Positions 33,384 to 38,724 of a stretch of DNA of 41,185 nt are shown here, one piece after another; position 1 is the stretch's first letter; each line of letters starts with the position of its first letter. Made by a program: the position numbers and the translations under genes. The DNA comes from a virus, in the IMG/VR virus record IMGVR_UViG_3300027737_000005, positions 1 to 41,185 of that record. The stretch is one strand, 5' to 3'. The notes beneath the pieces are model-generated. The model had not been told where the DNA came from, searched no databases, and worked only from the letters and a program-made list of their open reading frames with translations.

Positions 33384-34049
33384 ATGGAATATCCAAAGAT
33401 ACATTCACTATATAAAAGAGAATCGCATGGAAAAAGACAACTTATTATTGGAGATCTGGCCAAAGAAGAATTCAGATCCATTATTCATTGGACAGTCACT
33501 GAAAAAGTGGACGGTACAAACATACGAATTTGTCTGGATCGCGCAACACTTATACGTGAAGGCCACAACTACATCAAATTTGGAGGCAGAACAAATAACG
33601 CTCAAATCCCTTCAAGTCTTCTGGAATATCTACAAGCCACATTTACGTACGAAAAGATGGATAAAATATTCGCAGATTCGCAATTCATCGTGTTATTCGG
33701 TGAGGGATATGGTCCAAAGATACAATCTGGTGGCTATTATCGAAGTGATGTATCGTTTATTCTGTTTGATGCATATGTGTCGGGCTGGTGGTTAGAGAGA
33801 GATAAGATCGTTCAGATAGCACACGATTTAGGCATCGATCATGTACCTTTAATTCCTTCTAGAAATGTTTTAGAGCCTGATTTATGGAATTTATATGATA
33901 TTGTCAGCCAGGTGAGATCGAAACCGCAGTCCGCGTTAGCAAAAGAATGTTATATAGCAGAGGGAATAGTCGCTCGGAGCTATCCTTTGATGTTATTTCG
34001 GAATGGAGAGCCGATTATGTTTAAGCTAAAGTGCAAAGATTTTCCATAG
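33384..34049 (+). CDS. ATP-dependent RNA ligase-like nucleotidyltransferase (221 aa from ATG 33384)
   Basis: MEYPKIHSLYKRE...WTVTEKVDGTNIRI carries motif I KxDGxN, and EGYGPKIQ follows later. GAGGA RBS lies 8 nt upstream. Confidence 0.6.
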   Translation: MEYPKIHSLYKRESHGKRQLIIGDLAKEEFRSIIHWTVTEKVDGTNIRICLDRATLIREGHNYIKFGGRTNNAQIPSSLLEYLQATFTYEKMDKIFADSQFIVLFGEGYGPKIQSGGYYRSDVSFILFDAYVSGWWLERDKIVQIAHDLGIDHVPLIPSRNVLEPDLWNLYDIVSQVRSKPQSALAKECYIAEGIVARSYPLMLFRNGEPIMFKLKCKDFP

Positions 34050-34120
34050 GAAGGGAATGGAGAGGAAAGGAAGGGATAGGAAGGGACAGGAAAGGAATGG
34101 ATGGGAAAGCAGTGGTTTTA
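34049..34120 (+). repeat. polypurine pentamer array copy 3: (ANNGG)x~13 + AAAGCAGTGGTTTTA
   Basis: Read directly. A GTG-initiated mini-ORF (VVLIRRGENG*) has its stop overlapping the start of the next gene. Confidence 0.85.
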
Positions 34121-34136
34121 ATAAGAAGAGGTGAAA

Positions 34137-34292
34137 ATGGATAAGACAAAATCGACAATGTTTTTGGAATGGATTTCAATCGTCGCCCCTGTTATTGCAT
34201 GTTCTCTTTTTCTCTACGGAGAGATAAAAGATCAAAGACAAAGAACAGATAAATTATATGAAACGATAATTGATTTAATAAAGTCTATGTAA
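34137..34292 (+). CDS. small TM protein, distant 'KDFHGRL' family-like member (51 aa)
   Basis: GAGGTG RBS then ATG. MDKTKSTMFLEWISIVAPVIACSLFLYGEIKDQRQRTDKLYETIIDLIKSM. Confidence 0.5.
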   Translation: MDKTKSTMFLEWISIVAPVIACSLFLYGEIKDQRQRTDKLYETIIDLIKSM

Positions 34293-34304
34293 ATAACTCT
34301 AGTG

Positions 34305-34385
34305 AAGTGGAATGGAAGGGAAAGGACAGGATGGGATAGGAATGGAAGGGAAAGGAATGGATGGGAAAGGAAAGCAGTGGTTCTA
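34305..34385 (+). repeat. polypurine pentamer array copy 4: (ANNGG)x~14 + AAAGCAGTGGTTCTA
   Basis: Read directly. The stop of mini-ORF VVLKNQKWKGK* overlaps the ATG at 34409 (ATGA). Confidence 0.85.
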
Positions 34386-34408
34386 AAAAATCAAAAATGG
34401 AAAGGTAA

Positions 34409-35017
34409 ATGAAACTTAAGAAAGCGACAATAACGATTAGAGGTATACGTCCTCTTTTAATGCATAAATTCAATATTTCTGTTTTGTCAACAGAACGGAA
34501 ATCGAAGAAAGGGAGTGCTGGAAATAATCCTGATGAATGGAAAGAGACCGTTTTCTGCGAAGATGATGGCACTCTTTTCATGCCTGGAGAATATTTTTTT
34601 GCATGTCTAAAGAATGGAGCAATCCATACGAAAATTGGTCGTGGGACTATCCAGAAAAAAGTGGCGGCAACTCTGCAGATCATAACAGAGAAATCTATTC
34701 TGAATCGGAAGTTACCTGGAAAATTGGATGAATTATCTGTCGAAAATTGGCCGAAAGTGGGCCAAGGTCCGGTGTACCTTGACATAAGGGGGGTGATGAA
34801 TCCTAATAGCAAAGGGCGCAATGTGCGGTATAGGGTTGCATGTACACCTGGTTGGGAATGTACTTTCGAATGTCAATGGGATGATACTATTGTGTCGTCT
34901 GATCATATGAGAGCGGTCTTTTCTGATTCAGGAATATTGGGAGGGATCGCCGATGGCAGAAGTATCGGCATGGGACGATTTGAGATTATCAGTTGCGATA
35001 TAGAAAACGTTAGATAA
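34409..35017 (+). CDS. hypothetical protein X2 (202 aa), paralogue of 21870..22493
   Basis: ATITIRGIRPLLMHKF at the N-terminus and GGIADGRSIGMGRFEI at the C-terminus; see X1. Confidence 0.6.
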   Translation: MKLKKATITIRGIRPLLMHKFNISVLSTERKSKKGSAGNNPDEWKETVFCEDDGTLFMPGEYFFACLKNGAIHTKIGRGTIQKKVAATLQIITEKSILNRKLPGKLDELSVENWPKVGQGPVYLDIRGVMNPNSKGRNVRYRVACTPGWECTFECQWDDTIVSSDHMRAVFSDSGILGGIADGRSIGMGRFEIISCDIENVR

Positions 35018-35038
35018 ATTAGATGAGAATATCGATTT

Positions 35039-35100
35039 GGAAAGGAAAGAACTGGAAGGGACAGGAAAGGACAGGAAGGGAGGGGAAAGCAATGGTTTTA
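35039..35100 (+). repeat. polypurine pentamer array copy 5: (ANNGG)x~10 + AAAGCAATGGTTTTA
   Basis: Read directly; mini-ORF ATG GTT TTA TGA. Confidence 0.85.
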
Positions 35101-35161
35101 TGAAATATAAAGAAATTTTAATTAAAGTAAAATGCCCAGAATGCTTTAGAGGAGAGAAATA

Positions 35162-35410
35162 ATGGATTGGTACCACATTTTAGGAATAATTGTCGGCAAT
35201 GCTGCGATTTTTATACCTATGTTTTTTTGGCTACGTACCGAGGCGAATTCGGATAGACGACAGATGCAGGATACGGCCGCAGCGGATAGAAGAGATCTTT
35301 TGCAGATTATAAGAGAAATTCAAGCTGAAATGAAAGATTTCCATAGCCGCCTTGAGCGAATAGATATTGAGTTCAAGGGCTATTTGATTCAAGAGGCAAA
35401 GAAGCGATAG
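35162..35410 (+). CDS. small TM plus coiled-coil protein, 'KDFHGRL' family member (82 aa)
   Basis: MDWYHILGIIVGNAAIFIPMFFWLRTEANSDRRQ...IIREIQAEMKDFHSRLERIDIE. Confidence 0.6.
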   Translation: MDWYHILGIIVGNAAIFIPMFFWLRTEANSDRRQMQDTAAADRRDLLQIIREIQAEMKDFHSRLERIDIEFKGYLIQEAKKR

Positions 35411-35420
35411 CGCCTATCAA

Positions 35421-35445
35421 AGTGGCGGTCATAACGGCCGCCACT
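35421..35445. terminator. hairpin between convergent operons (bidirectional terminator candidate)
   Basis: AGTGGCGG-N9-CCGCCACT between the plus gene ending at 35410 and the minus gene ending at 35449. Confidence 0.5.
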
Positions 35446-35448
35446 ATG

Positions 35449-35631
35449 TTAATATTCATGCGCAGAACGAGCACGCTTCTTGAGGTCTTTGGCGGCTGAG
35501 CGCGCTTCTTTTTCTTCTACTTTCTCATGCTTCTTTTTGGTACCTTTAGAATGGGCAGCTTCTTTGGAATAGTGTTTGGCATCTTTCATGAGTTTGCCGG
35601 CACATTTTTTCATTATTTTTTTGTGGACCAC
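35449..35631 (-). CDS. small lysine-rich basic protein (60 aa)
   Basis: ORF sharing nt 35631 with the upstream gene. Confidence 0.45.
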   Translation of the reverse strand: MVHKKIMKKCAGKLMKDAKHYSKEAAHSKGTKKKHEKVEEKEARSAAKDLKKRARSAHEY

Positions 35632-35867
35632 TATTTAGCCTTGTGGTGACCGTGATGATGTGGATGAGTATGGGAAGCTATCTTAGCCTTTAAAGCCATT
35701 CCTGAGTGGCTAGAATGATGTCCATGATGCTCATGGCTATGATGTCCTCCTTTAACTTCTTCTGCATGACTTAAATGATGCTTATGATGGTGTTTTGAAT
35801 GGCCCTCATCTGAGTGGTGATGTTTATGGCCTTCGTGCATATGATGCATTTTGTGTTCTTTGTGCAT
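35631..35867 (-). CDS. histidine-rich protein (78 aa, about 31 His), putative metal-binding
   Basis: MHKEHKMHHMHEGHKHHHSDEGHSKHHHKHH...HPHHHGHHKAK. Confidence 0.55.
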   Translation of the reverse strand: MHKEHKMHHMHEGHKHHHSDEGHSKHHHKHHLSHAEEVKGGHHSHEHHGHHSSHSGMALKAKIASHTHPHHHGHHKAK

Positions 35868-36064
35868 TATTTCTTCCCCTTTTTTGGAATTTTCGCGCCA
35901 GATTTTCTTGCCTCTGAAAGAGCGATCGCTATGCCCTGCTTTGGATTCGTGACCACAGGGCCCTTTTTTGAACCGCTGTGGAGCTCGCCTCGCTTCATCT
36001 CGTGCATGACCTTTTCGATCTTGGCTTTGCCTTTTGATGGCTTCTTGTGGTGTTTTTTTTCCAT
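35867..36064 (-). CDS. small basic conserved protein (65 aa)
   Basis: MHEMKRGELHSGSKKGPVVTNPKQGIAIALSEARKSG resembles a widespread small bacterial protein family. Identified from memory only, not verified. Confidence 0.5.
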   Translation of the reverse strand: MEKKHHKKPSKGKAKIEKVMHEMKRGELHSGSKKGPVVTNPKQGIAIALSEARKSGAKIPKKGKK

Positions 36065-36249
36065 TAGCCTTTTGCTCCTAGGTTCATTGGAGGGGTCGGT
36101 GAAAGTGTTTTATGCTCATATTGCTCAAAGTCTTGGAAAAGCTCTTCGCCAATTTGTTCAGTCTCCGGGACAATCTCCGGATGAGAGATTATCCATTGGC
36201 AGCCGACTGCGTATACTGCTAAAATTGCTATTGTGATGATCTTTTTCAT
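36064..36249 (-). CDS. lipoprotein (61 aa), possible spanin-like lysis component
   Basis: Signal peptide plus lipobox: MKKIITIAILAVYAVGC. Confidence 0.5.
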   Translation of the reverse strand: MKKIITIAILAVYAVGCQWIISHPEIVPETEQIGEELFQDFEQYEHKTLSPTPPMNLGAKG

Positions 36250-36452
36250 GGTTTTCTCGTTGGGTGCGGCACTTGTTCTTTCTTAATGAAAATCTGCTTT
36301 TCTGGATCGTGAGTATCTCCAATATCATCTAAGTCCGTCGGAACGATATAATGGTCTTTGGGAGGAGACCAATTATTTCCATTCATTGCTCCTTCCCATT
36401 CGATGACATTCACGACCTTTTTCGTTTCTTTATTAATAACAGCCCATCTCAT
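36246..36452 (-). CDS. small conserved phage protein (68 aa)
   Basis: AVINKETKKVVNVIEWEG...PPKDHYIVP...IGDTHD is a pattern common in small phage ORFs. Confidence 0.5.
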   Translation of the reverse strand: MRWAVINKETKKVVNVIEWEGAMNGNNWSPPKDHYIVPTDLDDIGDTHDPEKQIFIKKEQVPHPTRKP

Positions 36453-36461
36453 TGTTTACCT

Positions 36462-37514
36462 CTATGCAAATTCATAAATCCAGATTTCTCCTCTAGCACC
36501 ATTGCCGCCGGCGCCAGAATTATGTCCGTTGAGTGAACAGCCACCACCACCACCACCACCACCAGGAATACCGCCATTGCCTCCCGCTCCTGCTGCTGCG
36601 CTTAAATTTGATGCTCCTCCACTACCACCTTGACCGGCTGCTATCAATCCTCCTGTGGTAATTGCTGTACCACCAGCTGATCCATTTACACCGGCTTGTC
36701 CGGCGCCTACTGTGCCTCCTGCTGCTGCTGCGATTCGAGTATTTGTATTGCTATAATTGACCAAATAACTTCCATTGCCACCTCCATATGCAGTAGGAGA
36801 AGTACTAATACCTCCACCCCCTCCTCCTATGCCATTAGCCCCTGGACATAGTCCGGGCCCTCCTATATAACCTTCCGGAATAAGATCGGCATTATTTCCA
36901 GCTGCTCCATTGACTCCATATCCGGCGCTACTTCCGTTAAATTGGAGCTGAAATACATAATTTGAACATATAAAAGGATAAGTTCCAGATATAGAATTGC
37001 TGGAAAAGGCCCCTCCGCCCCCATATGAGAAATAATCATTGCTAGTTACATCTCCTACTAACGAATAACCTCCGGTATTGCCTCCATTCCCAGCTGTACT
37101 ATTGATCGTTATAGCTGTTCCTCCGGTTCCCCCGGCGCCTATTGTAACAGTATTGCTAACGGAAGAAAAAAGAGAAGCATCTCCCCAGTAATCTATGTAA
37201 CCAGAACCTGTTCCGCCTGCTCCTCCTGAACATGCGGTTCCAGATGCTGTCCTGCATCCCGATCCACCACCCGAACCTCCTCCCCATCCAATTATGCGAA
37301 CCATTTTGGTGTTTGTTTTAGGAGTCCAGGTTCCAGATGTTGTGTATCTTGTTATAGTTATCGTAGACGGAGGAGAATCTACATAATTAGTACCATTTGA
37401 AATTGGTACGTTTCCGCTTGCGCCAGCTCCGCTTAAAGAAGTTACGGGAACCGCGCTGAATGAACTGCTACTCGTAGATGAGTTTGGATACCCTAGGAAA
37501 AGCGTATTTGTCAA
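36462..37514 (-). CDS. glycine-rich tail-fibre-associated protein (350 aa, TTG start)
   Basis: AGAGG RBS then TTG. Long GGxGG tracts ending GGGGGGGCSLNGHNSGAGGNGARGEIWIYEFA. Confidence 0.6.
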   Translation of the reverse strand: MTNTLFLGYPNSSTSSSSFSAVPVTSLSGAGASGNVPISNGTNYVDSPPSTITITRYTTSGTWTPKTNTKMVRIIGWGGGSGGGSGCRTASGTACSGGAGGTGSGYIDYWGDASLFSSVSNTVTIGAGGTGGTAITINSTAGNGGNTGGYSLVGDVTSNDYFSYGGGGAFSSNSISGTYPFICSNYVFQLQFNGSSAGYGVNGAAGNNADLIPEGYIGGPGLCPGANGIGGGGGGISTSPTAYGGGNGSYLVNYSNTNTRIAAAAGGTVGAGQAGVNGSAGGTAITTGGLIAAGQGGSGGASNLSAAAGAGGNGGIPGGGGGGGGCSLNGHNSGAGGNGARGEIWIYEFA

Positions 37515-37523
37515 GGTTAACCT

Positions 37524-38147
37524 CTAAAGTTGAAACATTGAAAATGTTGTGTTATAGCCAAAACTTGAGCCTCCTACGGATAGAACTTTGCCAGATCCAT
37601 TGACAATTAAAACTACCTGAAAATTTAAACCTAAACCGCCATTCAAAGCCACAATTCCAGATTGACTAATGACCGAAGCATTATTTGTTGAATCGAAAAT
37701 AGCTGCAAAGTTTGCATAGGTATATTGAAAGACAAGAGTACCACTACGTTCCGTTTTTATATATCCGCTTGTATTTCCAGATAAAACACCCTGCACAACT
37801 ATCTGGACATTATATTGATAATATCCTGCTGATGGAGCCGTGAAAACACCCGTTGCAGTATTGTAGTATCCGCCATTATTAAAGTCCGTTGAATCACAAA
37901 TAAGATTGTATGATGATCCATCACCAGTCACATTTGTTTGTGTTGTGCTTAATGATGCAAAAAATCCAATATTCGGGCCACTTACAATAATCTGATTTCC
38001 TGATCCCGAAGTAGATGCGCCATTTGCACCATTTACATTCAAAACGTTTGCAGATGGAATAGCTGTTCCCGAATCTGTTACGTAGCTTGTTGCTACGTTC
38101 GATGGTACTGGACCAGACGCTTGATTAATGATGCCTGCCTGTGACAC
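37524..38147 (-). CDS. tail fibre or receptor-binding protein with a C1q/TNF-like C-terminal domain (207 aa)
   Basis: FFASLSTTQTNVTGDGSSYNLICDSTDFNNGGYYNTATGVFTAPSAGYYQYNVQIV fits the C1q globular-domain pattern. Confidence 0.55.
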   Translation of the reverse strand: MSQAGIINQASGPVPSNVATSYVTDSGTAIPSANVLNVNGANGASTSGSGNQIIVSGPNIGFFASLSTTQTNVTGDGSSYNLICDSTDFNNGGYYNTATGVFTAPSAGYYQYNVQIVVQGVLSGNTSGYIKTERSGTLVFQYTYANFAAIFDSTNNASVISQSGIVALNGGLGLNFQVVLIVNGSGKVLSVGGSSFGYNTTFSMFQL

Positions 38148-38476
38148 TAGTTCCTCACGATATATTGTGATACAACATAAATATTTCCTGTGCCGGCGCT
38201 GCCGTTCACAAAAATTTGAGTACCCTCTGGAATACCTTCAGGAGTCGGATTTCCTGATGTATCCTCATCATAAAGCCAATAACTATTTGCTGGGCATACA
38301 TCAATCGCTGTCACGCCATCTATAGAAATCGTGACCAGTGAAGTTGAGTTATTCACCATTTTTAAAATATATGAAGGATTGGCAAGAGGAACACCTATAG
38401 ATTGAAAAGAACCGTTGAGAGAAGCTGCATTGAATGTTCTCAAAGGTTCCCAGGAAATACGATTTGTATAGGCCAT
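38147..38476 (-). CDS. tail-fibre cluster protein (109 aa)
   Basis: ORF sharing nt 38147 with the next gene. Confidence 0.5.
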   Translation of the reverse strand: MAYTNRISWEPLRTFNAASLNGSFQSIGVPLANPSYILKMVNNSTSLVTISIDGVTAIDVCPANSYWLYDEDTSGNPTPEGIPEGTQIFVNGSAGTGNIYVVSQYIVRN

Positions 38477-38477
38477 A

Positions 38478-38723
38478 CTATTCCCCTGTTATAGGCTGTA
38501 TGATTGATTCTGAAAGCTGTTCTTCCTTGTTCTTAGCATCTGCTTGTGCTTTTATGTTGTCTTCGATCTGTCCTAAGAACTTTGTGAATTGAAAAAGGGC
38601 TTCTTTTGCGTAAGGTATAGGTATATCCGGATCAGCAAGAAATCGTGCTGTCCACACTTTTTTCACTTCATCGCCTTCTTTTTCTATAAATGAATATTCC
38701 AATTGGCTAAGCAATTTGTGCAT
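38478..38723 (-). CDS. small acidic protein (81 aa), possible fibre assembly factor
   Basis: ORF tightly packed after the fibre gene. Confidence 0.45.
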   Translation of the reverse strand: MHKLLSQLEYSFIEKEGDEVKKVWTARFLADPDIPIPYAKEALFQFTKFLGQIEDNIKAQADAKNKEEQLSESIIQPITGE

Positions 38724-38724
38724 G

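Noticed and set aside
21144-35100. The repeated arrays considered as a CRISPR array or as tandem coding repeats
   Set aside because: There is no repeat-spacer organisation. The copies are dispersed, consist of 5-nt phased purine units, and are intergenic. No cas genes are present.
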